56,624 bases of DNA from an uncultured Oscillospiraceae bacterium. Lineage in GTDB: Bacteria; Bacillota; Clostridia; Oscillospirales; Oscillospiraceae. Position 1 is the first letter of the stretch. Every line of letters begins with the position of its first letter. The notes under the pieces are model-generated. The model saw only the letters and a list, made by a program, of their open reading frames with translations. It made no database searches and was not told the origin of the DNA. Both the position numbers and the translations under genes were made by a program. The stretch spans positions 1-56,624 of the forward strand of contig CAJTOE010000001.1 in assembly GCA_910577805.1 (NCBI GenBank). Reading direction: 5' to 3'. This document shows, piece by piece, positions 8,306-18,821 of the stretch.

Positions 8306-10141
8306 CTATTTTTTCCGTTTCTGCTGGTTCTGCGGCTTCTGGGGCCGAAGCAGACAGTTTTTCCCAAAGCCGATCAAATCCTCCCGGCCCGTTTTGTGCA
8401 GCGCCTCCAGCACCAGCTTCCGGTTCTGGGGCTTGCGCCACTGCATCAGCGCCCGCTGGAGCGCCTTGTCATGGGGCGTCCGGGGCACGAACACCGGCTG
8501 CATGGTCCGGGGGTCCAGCCCGGTGTACCACATGCAGGTGGCCAGGGTCCCAGGGGTGGGATAAAAATCCTGGACCTGCTCCGGCATGTGGCCCTCTTGA
8601 TTCAGCCACTCCGCCAGCTTCACCGCGTCCTCCAGGGTGCAGCCCGGATGGGAGGAAATCAGATAGGGCACCAAATACTGCTCCTTTTTGTAGCGCTGGT
8701 TCAGCTTCTGGTACTTTTCCTTGAATTTTTCATAGACCCAGATATGGGGCTTGCCCATATAGTCCAGGGTGTGGGCCACGCAGTGCTCCGGGGCCACCTT
8801 GAGCTGCCCGGAGATGTGATACCGCACCAGCTCCGAGAAAAATTCCCCGGTGGGGTCCTGCATCAGGAAGTCGAACCGGATACCGGAGCGGATAAAGACC
8901 TTTTTGATCCCTGGGACCTCCCTCAGGCGGCGCAGGAGCCGCAGATAATCCATGTGGTCCGCGTCCAGGTTGGGGCAGGCCTTGGGGGCCAGACAGGCCC
9001 GGTTTTTGCAGAACCCATGCTCCAGCTGCTTCTGGCAGGAGGGCCGGCGGAAGGTCGCCGAGGGCCCGCCCACATCGTGGATATAGCCCTTGAAGCCCGG
9101 ATGCTTGGTAAGGGCCTCCACCTCCCGGACCACGCTGTCGTGGCTGCGGGCGGAGATCACCCGGCCCTGGTGAAAGGCCAGGGAACAGAAATTGCACGCC
9201 CCAAAGCATCCCCGGTTGTGGGTAACGGAAAAGCGCACCTCTTCAATCGCGGGCACGCCCCCCAGCGCGTCGTACATGGGGTGCGGCTCCCGGACGTAGG
9301 GCAGCTCCGCCACCTGGTCCATCTCCGGGGTGGTCAGGGGCCGGGCGGGGGGATTTGTGAGCAGATACTTTTTGCCGTGCTTCTGCACGATGGCCCTTCC
9401 CACAAAGGGGTCATGCTCCAGGTACTCTATCCGATTCGCCTGGGCATAGGCGGTTTTATTCTCCAAAACCTCCTCAAAGGAGGGGACTTCTACAAATTCA
9501 TACGCACAGGCCTCCGGCGTATCCACGCACACGCAGGTCCCCCGGATATCCGTCATCGTCTCCGGCCCCTCCCCGGAGGCCAAACGCTGCGCGATCTCCT
9601 TGGAGGCCAGCTCCCCCATGCCGTAGGTCAGCAAATCTGCCTGGGCGTCGAACAGGATGGAACGGCGGACCTTGTCCTGCCAGTAGTCGTAGTGGGCGAA
9701 CCGGCGCAGGCTGGCCTCCAGGCCGCCAATCACGATGGGGATATCCCCAAACGCCTCCCGGACCCGGTTGGAGTAGACCACCGTAGCCAGGTCCGGCCGC
9801 AGGCCCGCCTTCCGGCCGGGGGAGTACGCGTCGTCATGGCGGCGCTTTTTGGCGGCGGTGTAGTGGGCCACCATGGAATCCAGATTTCCCGCCCCGATCA
9901 GCACCCCGTACCGGGGCCGTCCCATGGCGGCAAACGCGTCCGGGGAGGTCCAGTCCGGCTGGGCCAGCACCGCCACCCGGTAGCCCTCCGCCTCCAGCAC
10001 CCGGCCTATGACCGCCGTACCAAAGGACGGGTGATCGACATACGCGTCGCCGGTGATCAGCAGAAAATCGTAGTAGTACCAGCCCCGCTCCCGCATATCC
10101 TCCTGGGAGACGGGGAGGAAAAAGCTGCGCGCAAAGCTCAT
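8306..10141 (-). CDS. YgiQ/UPF0313-family radical SAM protein
   Basis: TGDAYVDHPSFG N-terminal motif, RGCFGACNFC (CxxxCxxC), EQVQDFYPTPGT. Confidence 0.93.
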   Translation of the reverse strand: MSFARSFFLPVSQEDMRERGWYYYDFLLITGDAYVDHPSFGTAVIGRVLEAEGYRVAVLAQPDWTSPDAFAAMGRPRYGVLIGAGNLDSMVAHYTAAKKRRHDDAYSPGRKAGLRPDLATVVYSNRVREAFGDIPIVIGGLEASLRRFAHYDYWQDKVRRSILFDAQADLLTYGMGELASKEIAQRLASGEGPETMTDIRGTCVCVDTPEACAYEFVEVPSFEEVLENKTAYAQANRIEYLEHDPFVGRAIVQKHGKKYLLTNPPARPLTTPEMDQVAELPYVREPHPMYDALGGVPAIEEVRFSVTHNRGCFGACNFCSLAFHQGRVISARSHDSVVREVEALTKHPGFKGYIHDVGGPSATFRRPSCQKQLEHGFCKNRACLAPKACPNLDADHMDYLRLLRRLREVPGIKKVFIRSGIRFDFLMQDPTGEFFSELVRYHISGQLKVAPEHCVAHTLDYMGKPHIWVYEKFKEKYQKLNQRYKKEQYLVPYLISSHPGCTLEDAVKLAEWLNQEGHMPEQVQDFYPTPGTLATCMWYTGLDPRTMQPVFVPRTPHDKALQRALMQWRKPQNRKLVLEALHKTGREDLIGFGKNCLLRPQKPQNQQKRKK

Positions 10142-10401
10142 GGCCCGTCCTCCCCATTGATGCGGGCGCACTGGGCCAGCAGCCAGGTCCGGACCTGCTC
10201 AATGCCCTCCTCGCTGATGGGGAACTGCACCGGCTCCTCCAGCTGCGCCAGCGTGCGGCATAACGGCCCCTCCCACATCTGGACGTTCATCTGACCCTCC
10301 TGGGGCACGATATAAAACCGGGCCTTCGGCCCCCAGCTGCCCGTCCAGGGGTTTCCGTGCTCCCAGTGGGAGAGGGTGGGCAGATACAGTTCACTTGCCA
10401 A
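10138..10401 (-). CDS. Small hypothetical protein
   Basis: TTG start after AGGAGG; fills the gap between recX and the radical SAM gene with a 4-nt overlap. Confidence 0.7.
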   Translation of the reverse strand: MASELYLPTLSHWEHGNPWTGSWGPKARFYIVPQEGQMNVQMWEGPLCRTLAQLEEPVQFPISEEGIEQVRTWLLAQCARINGEDGP

Positions 10402-10406
10402 AAATT

Positions 10407-11030
10407 TCAGTCCTCCTCTATCTCGGCCCCGTACCGGCGCAGGGCGGCAGAAATATCCGTCCACTGGTAGCCCCGCCGGGCCAGGGCGGCGGAGGCCCGC
10501 TGAAGCTCCTTCCGGTCCGGATGCTCCACGCCCGCCAGCTTTTTGGACAAAAACGCGTCAAGCTGCTCCGCCGGGTCCTCCAAGTCCTCCAGGGCCTGGT
10601 CCCACAGCTCGCGGGGGACCCCCCGGCGGTAGAACTCATCCCGTATCTTCTTCGGGCCGTACCCCCGCCGGGCACAGCTCTGGGCCAGCTCGGCGGCGTA
10701 GGCCCCGTCGTTCAGATAGCCAAATTCCTCCAGCCAGTCCGCGATCTCCCCCGCCTGCTCCGGCGGGCAGTCCTTTTTCGCCAGCAGCTCCAGCAGCATG
10801 TTACGGGACTTGGGCCCGTTCAGCAGGGTTTGCAGGGCATAAGCCCGGAAATTCTCCGTCTGGACGGCCTGGATAAGCCGGTCCGCCTCCTCGTCCGACA
10901 GCTCCCGCCCGGCGTAGAGGGCGAAATCCGCAATCTGATTCTTCCCCAGGCGCAGGATGGACCCGTCCTCCAGCACGGCTAACCACCGGTCCCGGACCCG
11001 CTTGGAGGGCTTCAGCTCCTGGATGGTCAT
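10407..11030 (-). CDS. recX: Recombination regulator RecX
   Basis: Directly after rec[25 protein letters not shown] motifs. Confidence 0.9.
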   Translation of the reverse strand: MTIQELKPSKRVRDRWLAVLEDGSILRLGKNQIADFALYAGRELSDEEADRLIQAVQTENFRAYALQTLLNGPKSRNMLLELLAKKDCPPEQAGEIADWLEEFGYLNDGAYAAELAQSCARRGYGPKKIRDEFYRRGVPRELWDQALEDLEDPAEQLDAFLSKKLAGVEHPDRKELQRASAALARRGYQWTDISAALRRYGAEIEED

Positions 11031-12175
11031 GCTTCGTCCTCAGCGGGCACGGCTTCGGTTTCCGCTGGCGCGGCGCCGTCCTCAAAATCGTCGGCAGACA
11101 CGTCCACCGCGCGGCCCGCGGCCTTGGCGGCAATCTGGGACTGCTTGCTCATCAGCTTATAGGCGTTGGCCCGGATCTTGGCCTCTACGTCGGCGGCTAC
11201 CTCCGGGTTGTCCTTCAAATACTGCTTGGCGGCGTCCTTGCCCTGGCCCAGGCGCAGCTCGCCCATGTTGAACCAGGAGCCGGATTTCTGGAAAATGTCC
11301 AGCTTCACCCCCAGGTCCACCAGCTCGCTCCACTTGGAGATGCCCTCGCCGTACAGGATATCAAATTCCGCTTCCCGGAAGGGGGGCGCGACTTTATTTT
11401 TCACGATCTTTGCCCGCGTATGACTGCCGATAATCTCGCCGCTGACCTTCAAGGCCTCCACCCGCCGCACGTCGATGCGCACCGAAGAGTAGAATTTCAG
11501 CGCCCGGCCTCCGGTGGTGACCTCCGGGTTGCCGTACATCACGCCGACTTTTTCCCGCAGCTGGTTGATGAAAATGACGATGCAGTTGGTTTTGGCGATG
11601 GAGCCGGCCAGCTTGCGCAGAGCCTGGCTCATGAGCCGGGCCAGCAGGCCCACGTGGCTGTCGCCCATGTCGCCCTCGATTTCCGCCCGGGGCACCAGCG
11701 CCGCCACCGAGTCCACCACCACCACGTCGATGGCGCCGGAGCGCACCAGGGCTTCGCAGATCTCCAGGCCCTGCTCGCCGGTGTCCGGCTGGGAGATGAG
11801 CATGGAGTCAATGTCCACCCCCAAAGCTCTGGCGTAGGTGGGGTCCAGGGCGTGTTCCGCGTCGATGAAGGCCACCTCGCCGCCCCGCTTCTGGGCCTCG
11901 GACACGATATGCAGGGCCAGCGTGGTCTTACCGGAGGACTCCGGACCGTAAATCTCAATGATGCGCCCCTTGGGAACGCCGCCGATGCCCAGGGCCACGT
12001 CCAGGGCCAGGGAGCCGGTGGGGATTGCGTCCACCACCACGCCGGTATTTTCGCCCAGGCGCATGATGGAGCCCTTGCCGAAGCTGCGCTCGATCTGGGC
12101 CACGCAGGTCTCCAGAGCCTTCTTCTTATCCGCAGCGGGGGCCGCGGCCTCTACGGCAGGTTTTTTCGATGCCAT
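11027..12175 (-). CDS. recA: Recombinase A
   Basis: [33 protein letters not shown]. Confidence 0.99.
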   Translation of the reverse strand: MASKKPAVEAAAPAADKKKALETCVAQIERSFGKGSIMRLGENTGVVVDAIPTGSLALDVALGIGGVPKGRIIEIYGPESSGKTTLALHIVSEAQKRGGEVAFIDAEHALDPTYARALGVDIDSMLISQPDTGEQGLEICEALVRSGAIDVVVVDSVAALVPRAEIEGDMGDSHVGLLARLMSQALRKLAGSIAKTNCIVIFINQLREKVGVMYGNPEVTTGGRALKFYSSVRIDVRRVEALKVSGEIIGSHTRAKIVKNKVAPPFREAEFDILYGEGISKWSELVDLGVKLDIFQKSGSWFNMGELRLGQGKDAAKQYLKDNPEVAADVEAKIRANAYKLMSKQSQIAAKAAGRAVDVSADDFEDGAAPAETEAVPAEDEA

Positions 12176-12245
12176 ATTCAATCATCCTTTCCTGGTCAGT
12201 GGATACAGTCTAGCATAAGTACAGTCCCAAAAAACGGACCGGTTT

Positions 12246-13109
12246 TTATTGGTTGATGGTCCCCTCCACCACCCGCCAGATGCCCTGGGTGTCGGCGGTG
12301 GTCTGGATGTTCTCAAAGCCGTTTTCCGCCATGATCTTCTCTACCTCGGACGCCTGACTGACGCCCACCTCAAAGATCAGCGCGCCCCCCAGGCGGATGG
12401 CGTTTTTCCACTTGGAGGCGATCTGCCGGTAGAACTCCAGCCCGTCGGTGCCGCCGTCCAGGGCCATGCGCGGCTCGTAGTCCCGCACGGACACGTCCAG
12501 CGCGTCGATGTCGCCGGTGGGGATGTAGGGGGGGTTACAGGCCACCACGTCGAAATCCCACAGGGTCGAGCTGGGCGGCTCCAGCGCGTCCACACACACG
12601 CTGGTCACCCGCGCGTTCATATCCGTGCGGCGGATGTTCTGCTTGCAGATGCGCAGCGCCCCTTCGGACAGCTCCGCCAGCACCACCCGGCAGTCGGGCA
12701 CGTTGGAGGCCACGGCCAGCCCCACGCAGCCGCTCCCGGCACACAGGTCCAGCACCCGCGCCTCCTCCCCGGCCGCGCGGGCGCGTAAAATGGTCCGCTC
12801 CACCAGCATCTCCGTGTCCATCCGGGGGATGAGTACGTCGCCGGATACGTCCAGGGTCAGTCCGTAGAACTCCCACTCGCCAATGATGTAGGCCACCGGC
12901 TCCCCGGACAGCCGGCGCTGAACCAGCGTGTCAACCCGGCGCTCCAGCTCCCCGGAGACGTACAGGGCCATATCTCTATAAAACTGCTCGCGGGTCTTGT
13001 CGGCGGCGTAGCAGAGGATCTCCCTGGCCTCCAGCTGGGCCGACTCGATGCCCGCCTTTTTCAGCCGGGTCCGGGTGTCTAAAAATAAATTATTGTAGGT
13101 GGTTGCCAT
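12246..13109 (-). CDS. prmC: Release factor glutamine methyltransferase
   Basis: GEPVAYIIG, VLIPR, LDLCAGSGC, NPPY. Confidence 0.95.
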   Translation of the reverse strand: MATTYNNLFLDTRTRLKKAGIESAQLEAREILCYAADKTREQFYRDMALYVSGELERRVDTLVQRRLSGEPVAYIIGEWEFYGLTLDVSGDVLIPRMDTEMLVERTILRARAAGEEARVLDLCAGSGCVGLAVASNVPDCRVVLAELSEGALRICKQNIRRTDMNARVTSVCVDALEPPSSTLWDFDVVACNPPYIPTGDIDALDVSVRDYEPRMALDGGTDGLEFYRQIASKWKNAIRLGGALIFEVGVSQASEVEKIMAENGFENIQTTADTQGIWRVVEGTINQ

Positions 13110-13130
13110 TTTCCTCACCTCTCTAAAATA

Positions 13131-14096
13131 TTACCAGGCGTCCGCGCCTTTTTCCTCCGGCAGGACCAGCTCCAGGGCCTTGATGCCCACCTCGATCATG
13201 GAGTCGTCCGGCTCGAAGGTCGTGAAATTCTGAAGCCAAAGCCCTGGGGCGGTGAGCAGCCGGGTGACCGGGCCGTCGTGCCGCCCCACGTAGCGGTTGA
13301 ACTCATAGCTGACCCCCACGATGACAGGCAGCATAGCCAGATGGGCCAGCATCCGCCACAGCACCTGATGGACAGGCCAGATCGAAAAAACCACCGTGGA
13401 GACCAGGATGGAAATTGCGATCACCACAAACAAAAAGCTGGTGCCGCACCGGGGGTGGTGCCGGGGCTGCTTGCGGACGTTCTCCACCGTCAGGGGAAGG
13501 CCCGCCTCGTAGCAGAAGATGGTCTTATGCTCCGCCCCGTGGTAGGAAAAGACCCGTTTCATCTCCTTCATCCGGGAGCAGAGGGCCAGATAGCCCACAA
13601 AAATCAGGATTTTCAGCAGAGATTCCGCCAGATTTCGCGCCAGCATGGAGTTTTCGCCCAAAAGCCAGGTCACCGCCCCGCCCAGGGCCGTGGGGAGCAG
13701 GATGAACAGCCCCACCGACATGGCCAGGCCTAAAATCACCGCCAGGGTGAGGAAAAAGGACGCGGCCTTCTCGCTGCCCAGCTTTTTTTCCAGCCAGATT
13801 TCAAAGGCGGAGGGCGTCTCGTCCGCTCCCTCCTCCTCCGGGAAGAACTCCGCGGAGTACAGCAGGGCTTTCACCCCCGCCGCCATGGACCCGCCGAAGT
13901 TGACCACTCCCCGGATCAGAGGCCAGCCCAGGACCGGGTGCCGCTCCTTGATGAAATGCAGCTCCTTTTCCTGGATCTCCAGCTCTCCGTCCGGGCGGCG
14001 GACCACCACGGCCTGCTTTTTCGGGCCGCGCATCATAATGCCCTCAATGAGGGCCTGTCCGCCGCACATGGTTTTAAAATTTTGCTTGCTTTGCAT
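13131..14096 (-). CDS. DUF1385 membrane protein
   Basis: GGQALIEGIMM, YHGAEHK, HPRCGTSF; typical prmC neighbour. Confidence 0.9.
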   Translation of the reverse strand: MQSKQNFKTMCGGQALIEGIMMRGPKKQAVVVRRPDGELEIQEKELHFIKERHPVLGWPLIRGVVNFGGSMAAGVKALLYSAEFFPEEEGADETPSAFEIWLEKKLGSEKAASFFLTLAVILGLAMSVGLFILLPTALGGAVTWLLGENSMLARNLAESLLKILIFVGYLALCSRMKEMKRVFSYHGAEHKTIFCYEAGLPLTVENVRKQPRHHPRCGTSFLFVVIAISILVSTVVFSIWPVHQVLWRMLAHLAMLPVIVGVSYEFNRYVGRHDGPVTRLLTAPGLWLQNFTTFEPDDSMIEVGIKALELVLPEEKGADAW

Positions 14097-14109
14097 TTGC
14101 TGCCTTCTT

Positions 14110-15537
14110 TCATTCGTCAATGGGCAGGCGGACCGTCACCAGACAGCCGCCGCCGGGGGCGTTGTCCACGTCCAGAATGCCCTCGTGGCGCTGGACGATC
14201 TCCTCGCACACCGCCAGTCCGATGCCGGAGCCGCGGGCCTTGGACGAGCCTTTGTAAAATTTCATCTTCACCTGGGGAAGCTCTTCCGGCGGGATGCCGG
14301 GGCCGTAGTCCCGGATGCGAAGCACCGCGTCGGTGGAGTCCCGGTCCAGGGACACGTCAATGCGCTTGCCGGAGCCGCCGTGCTTGGCGGCGTTGTCCAG
14401 CAGATTGCAGAACACCTGCCGCAGCCGCTCCGGGTCCCCGGAGATAAGGACCATCTCGTCCTTGCACTCCTGGTACTCCAGGGTGATGCCCTCCTTGCGG
14501 AAGAACTCCTGATACGTGTACACCGCATCCTCCAGCTCGGATTTCAGGTCCAGCCGCTCCACCGAGAGCGTGAACCGGCCGTCCTGCATCCGGGAGAACT
14601 CCAGCAGCTCCTCTACCATGTTGGTCAGCCGCCGGGCCTCGCTGATAATAATTTCCATGCCCTTGTGAAATTCATTGGGGGTGCGGATCTCCCCGCTCTG
14701 TATCGTCTCCGCCCAGCCGTTGATGGCGGTGAGGGGGGTGCGCAGCTCGTGGGAGACGGAGGAGATGAACTCCGACTGGGTGGTCTCCGACTGCTTGACT
14801 TTCAGGGACATATCGTTGATGGCGTCGATCAGCTCGCCGATCTCGTCGTCATATTTTTTCTCGATCTGCGTCCCGTAGCTCCCGCCGGCAATGAGCCGGG
14901 TGGTGTGGACGATGCTGGTCAGGGGCTCTACCAGGGAGCGGACAAAATAGAGGTTGGAAAAGTACATCATGGACATGAACAGCGCCATAATCAGGGTCAC
15001 CACGGTCACGCCCAGGATAAACTGGCGGTTGACCTCCGACATAGAAGTTACGAACCGGATGACCCCCACGATGGTCCCCTGGTAGATTACCGGGGCGGAG
15101 GCGGCCATGATCGGCTCTTTTGTCGCCGGGTCCCGGCCCGGCCACACCTGGGGGGTGCGCTGCTCCAGGGCGTCGGTGATGTCCGGGGTGCCGGGAGTGG
15201 TGCCGGCGGTGAGGCCGTAGCCGGAAAAGAGCACCGCGCCGGTGGTGTCGATGAACTGCACCTCCAGCTTGCTGCGGTCCTCGAAGTTGCTGATATAGTT
15301 TTGCGCGGCAATCTGATATTCGCTGCGGGTGTAGCTTTTAAAGGTATTGGCGGCCAGCTCTGCCCGGGCGGACAGGTCGGCGGTGATGGTGTAGGAGTAG
15401 TAGGTCCACAGGGACACCGCAAAGGTGGCCCACAGCAGCACCATAATCAGCGCCAGCACGCCGATGCTGTTGAGCAGCCAGCGCCGGCGGATGCCGCGAA
15501 TCTTACCCTTGTCCTGGAGCTCAACGCGCTTGGGCAT
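14110..15537 (-). CDS. Sensor histidine kinase (HAMP-HisKA-HATPase)
   Basis: Two TM segments, SHELRTPLT, NLLDNA, DYGPGI, GSGIGL. Confidence 0.95.
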   Translation of the reverse strand: MPKRVELQDKGKIRGIRRRWLLNSIGVLALIMVLLWATFAVSLWTYYSYTITADLSARAELAANTFKSYTRSEYQIAAQNYISNFEDRSKLEVQFIDTTGAVLFSGYGLTAGTTPGTPDITDALEQRTPQVWPGRDPATKEPIMAASAPVIYQGTIVGVIRFVTSMSEVNRQFILGVTVVTLIMALFMSMMYFSNLYFVRSLVEPLTSIVHTTRLIAGGSYGTQIEKKYDDEIGELIDAINDMSLKVKQSETTQSEFISSVSHELRTPLTAINGWAETIQSGEIRTPNEFHKGMEIIISEARRLTNMVEELLEFSRMQDGRFTLSVERLDLKSELEDAVYTYQEFFRKEGITLEYQECKDEMVLISGDPERLRQVFCNLLDNAAKHGGSGKRIDVSLDRDSTDAVLRIRDYGPGIPPEELPQVKMKFYKGSSKARGSGIGLAVCEEIVQRHEGILDVDNAPGGGCLVTVRLPIDE

Positions 15538-15540
15538 CGC

Positions 15541-16230
15541 TTACCCTCCCCACTTATACCCAAAGCCCCAGACTGTATTGATATACACGGGGCTGGTGGG
15601 GTTGTCCTCGATTTTAATGCGCAGGCGGCGGATGTTCACATCCACGATTTTCAGCTCGCCAAAATAATCCTTGCCCCACACGCAGTCCAAAATCTCCTCC
15701 CGTGACAGGGCCTTGCCCTGGTTCTCCATGAACAGCCGGACAATGCCGTACTCCACCTGGGTCAGCTTCACCCGCTGGCCGTTTTTCTCCAAAGTCCGGT
15801 TCCGGGTGTTCAGGCGGAAGGGGGGCTGATAGATCTCGTCCGCCGCCGCGGTCTCCACCTCCCCGCCGGTGCGGCGGAACAGCGCGTCCACACGGGCGGT
15901 CAGCTCCGCCGGGGAGAAGGGCTTTGTGACATAGTCGTCCGCCCCGGTCATCAGCCCCGTCACTTTGTCCATCTCCTGGGTCCGGGCGGTGAGCATAATG
16001 ATGCCGATGCGGTTGTCCATGGCCCGGATGCGGCGGCAGACCTCAAAGCCGTCGATGCCGGGCAGCATGATATCCAGCAGAGCCACTTTAATGTCCGGGT
16101 GGCTCTGAAGGGCCTCCAGGGCCTCTTCCCCGGTGCCGGCCTCGATGGTCTCGTAGCCGGCCCGCCGCAGATTGATGACCACAAAGCTGCGGATATTTTC
16201 CTCGTCCTCCAGGACCAAAACCTTTCTCAT
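15541..16230 (-). CDS. OmpR-family response regulator
   Basis: LLDIMLPGIDG, GADDYVTKPF, VDVNIRRLRIKIE, TVWGFGY. Confidence 0.96.
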   Translation of the reverse strand: MRKVLVLEDEENIRSFVVINLRRAGYETIEAGTGEEALEALQSHPDIKVALLDIMLPGIDGFEVCRRIRAMDNRIGIIMLTARTQEMDKVTGLMTGADDYVTKPFSPAELTARVDALFRRTGGEVETAAADEIYQPPFRLNTRNRTLEKNGQRVKLTQVEYGIVRLFMENQGKALSREEILDCVWGKDYFGELKIVDVNIRRLRIKIEDNPTSPVYINTVWGFGYKWGG

Positions 16231-16278
16231 AGCTTCTGCTCTCCTAGAAATATTTCAGACATTCCGCCGTACCGCCAA

Positions 16279-17700
16279 TCAGTCGTTGGACCAGCTGGGC
16301 AGGATCAAGTGGAAGCGCTCCCGCACTCCGGCCTCGTCCAGGCCGCAGTCCCAGCCGCTGGAATAGAACGCGGCGGAATAGATGGTATTGGCGTCCTCCC
16401 ACAGGATGAACCGGTCGCCGGTGGTGGCCCGCGTGGCCCGGTTCACGCCGGTGAGCTTGTAAATGACCAGAAAACGGGTCGGCTCAATGTCCGTGCCGTT
16501 CCACAGGGAGAAAATCACCGCCCGCTGGCCGCTGGTCACGTCGTTGCGGGAAATGGTCAGCCGAGTCCCCCAGCTGAAGGGGATTTCAAGATACCAGCCG
16601 TCGGCCACATTATGATAGGTCGTACACACCAGGGAACGTTCGGCATACCGGTTGTACTGCTCCCACTTGGTCAGCCAGAAGTCGCTAAAGTTTTCCCCGT
16701 AGCTGGGCAGGGGCTGCAAATGGGGGATCTCCAGCACTGTGTCTCCGTTGATGTCCGTCAGATCGACCCCTTCGGGCAGGTACAGCCGTTCCCGGCTCAT
16801 GCCGGTCTCCCGGTCCAGCACGACGTTGCGGACCTCGCCTCCCCGCCAGGCCAGGATATCCACCACCTGCCGCCCGTCGACCAGGTCGCCAGTGACGTAG
16901 AGGGCCGGGGTGGGCAGCTCGCCGGCCAAGTAGCCGGTGCGGACCCGGCGCAGGCTGGTGATGCCGCTGGACAGCCGGCCTGTCCCCTGGCGCTCCAGGC
17001 CGCTGTCTGTGCAGCCGTACAGGTCCACGCCGCTGTTCTCCCCCGCCGGGTCCAGCCGGACCACGGCCAGCTCGGTCAGGGTGTCCTCGTCCAGGTCCAG
17101 CAGCTTATACTCGCTGTAATTGGTGGAAAGCAGCTCAGTGCCAAGCAGGCTGGACAGGGGCGGGACCGCCACGCCCTCCAGGCTGCTCTGGCCCCGGTGG
17201 GTCATGCGCTCGTCCAGGGAGTAGACCCCCAGCTGGTACACGCCGCTGCTGACCTGCCAGCTCACCACCACTTCCTTCAAGCCTTCGCCGTTCATGCTCA
17301 CGTAGTCCACCGCGTTGATGGCGGCGCCGTCCCCCTCCAGGGCGGCGGTGGCCCGGTAGCTGCCGTCCTTTTGCAGGGTGAAGAAATAAATTTTCAAGGG
17401 CCGCTCCGCCCCCGGCACCCGGAAAAAGGTGACGGCGGTTTCCCGCTGGCCGTCCCCGTCCAGGTCCTGGAGCTGGACGGTGGAGATATGCTCGCCGGAA
17501 TAGATCTGGGCGTACTCCACCACGGCGGAATACTCCCGTTCCAGGGCGTTACGGGCCTCGTTGATGCGCTGGGTCAGATCCTCGTAGCCTGGGGAGCCTT
17601 CCGGCAGACGGTATAAATCCTCCGCCAGGCCGAACAGACAGCCGGATAGAAGTACGGCCATGACTGTGAGCCAGCCGCCCAATGCCAATATCCGTTTCAC
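16279..17700 (-). CDS. Hypothetical lipoprotein (DxDGDG-type repeats) upstream of the two-component system
   Basis: GTG start after gaggagg; lipobox LLSGC; DLDGDG, DLDED and DINGD motifs. Confidence 0.8.
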   Translation of the reverse strand: MKRILALGGWLTVMAVLLSGCLFGLAEDLYRLPEGSPGYEDLTQRINEARNALEREYSAVVEYAQIYSGEHISTVQLQDLDGDGQRETAVTFFRVPGAERPLKIYFFTLQKDGSYRATAALEGDGAAINAVDYVSMNGEGLKEVVVSWQVSSGVYQLGVYSLDERMTHRGQSSLEGVAVPPLSSLLGTELLSTNYSEYKLLDLDEDTLTELAVVRLDPAGENSGVDLYGCTDSGLERQGTGRLSSGITSLRRVRTGYLAGELPTPALYVTGDLVDGRQVVDILAWRGGEVRNVVLDRETGMSRERLYLPEGVDLTDINGDTVLEIPHLQPLPSYGENFSDFWLTKWEQYNRYAERSLVCTTYHNVADGWYLEIPFSWGTRLTISRNDVTSGQRAVIFSLWNGTDIEPTRFLVIYKLTGVNRATRATTGDRFILWEDANTIYSAAFYSSGWDCGLDEAGVRERFHLILPSWSND

Positions 17701-17919
17701 ACCGGTCCCCTCCTCATAAAGAATCCACTTTATCATACCATAAAGTGCGGAAAAAGGATACGGGTTTTTACAAATATTTTTTGGGTTTGTGATTCGATTT
17801 GGGAATGGGGGTGAAACCGAAGGCCACCGCTCTCCCCCCACCAAAAAAATCCCCCTAAAAATTTGCAAGCAAACCCAATCTGTGCTACAATAGGCAGAAC
17901 CGAAAAAGGAGGTCTGTCC

Positions 17920-18495
17920 ATGCCCCAGGCTTTTTTCCCCATGATTTCCCGTATGCGGTATATCCACCGCTGGGGATTAATGCGTAATACGTTTTCCGAA
18001 AATATTCAGGAGCATTCCCACATGGTCGCCGTGCTGGCCCACGCCCTGGCCGTCATCCAGAACGAGCGGTTCGGCGGGCAGACCGACCCAGGCCGGGTGG
18101 CGGTGGCCGCTTTGTACCACGACGCTTCCGAGATCCTCACCGGCGACATGCCCACCCCCATCAAGTACGACAACCCGGAGCTTCAAAACGCCTACAAGCA
18201 GGTGGAGGCTTCGGCGGAGCGGCGGCTGCTGGACATGCTCCCCCCGGAGCTGCGCCCCACTTTTTCGGACGTGCTGTCCCCGGAGGACCACGAGATTCGC
18301 GCCTTGGTCAAAGCGGCGGACAAGCTATCCGCGTACCTCAAGTGTGTGGAGGAGGTGAAGGCGGGCAACGCGGAGTTCAAAAAGGCAAAGGAGCAGACCT
18401 ACGCCGCCCTGAACCAGAATCCCCTGCCCGCGCTGGGGTATTTTATGGAGACGTTTTTGCCCGACTTTGAATTGACTCTGGACGAGTTGAATTGA
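17920..18495 (+). CDS. yfbR: HD-domain 5'-deoxynucleotidase
   Basis: RWGLMRN, ENIQEHS, ALYHDASE, TGDMPTPIKY, ADKLSAYLKC. Confidence 0.93.
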   Translation: MPQAFFPMISRMRYIHRWGLMRNTFSENIQEHSHMVAVLAHALAVIQNERFGGQTDPGRVAVAALYHDASEILTGDMPTPIKYDNPELQNAYKQVEASAERRLLDMLPPELRPTFSDVLSPEDHEIRALVKAADKLSAYLKCVEEVKAGNAEFKKAKEQTYAALNQNPLPALGYFMETFLPDFELTLDELN

Positions 18496-18538
18496 GTTGA
18501 TTTTAGTTAAATCAAGTTGAACTGAGAGGAGATTTTTT

Positions 18539-18808
18539 ATGAAAGCCATTGTAACTGTCATTGGCCGGGACCAGGTGGGCATCACCGCGGCGGTCTGCTC
18601 CCTGCTGGCCCAGCACCAGATCAATATCCTGGACATCAGTCAGACCGTCTTGCAGGAATATTTCACCATGGTCATGCTGGTGGACCTGACCGCCAGCACC
18701 TCCAGCATCGGTGCGCTGTCCGCCGTCCTGGAGGAGGCCGGCAAGGCCCAGGGCCTGTCCATCCGCATCCAGCGGGAGGATATTTTCAACGCCATGCACC
18801 GCATTTGA
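18539..18808 (+). CDS. ACT-domain protein (UPF0237)
   Basis: [27 protein letters not shown]. Confidence 0.92.
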   Translation: MKAIVTVIGRDQVGITAAVCSLLAQHQINILDISQTVLQEYFTMVMLVDLTASTSSIGALSAVLEEAGKAQGLSIRIQREDIFNAMHRI

Positions 18809-18821
18809 ACGAGGTGGAGCT

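Noticed and set aside
8396..10294. Long antisense ORFs (also 13645-15705, 16099-17616, 35907-38066, 50382-52226)
   Set aside because: Shadow frames of well-supported genes in GC-rich DNA, with no motifs or RBS.
12176..12245. LexA/SOS box upstream of recA
   Set aside because: No GAAC-N4-GTTC match is visible.
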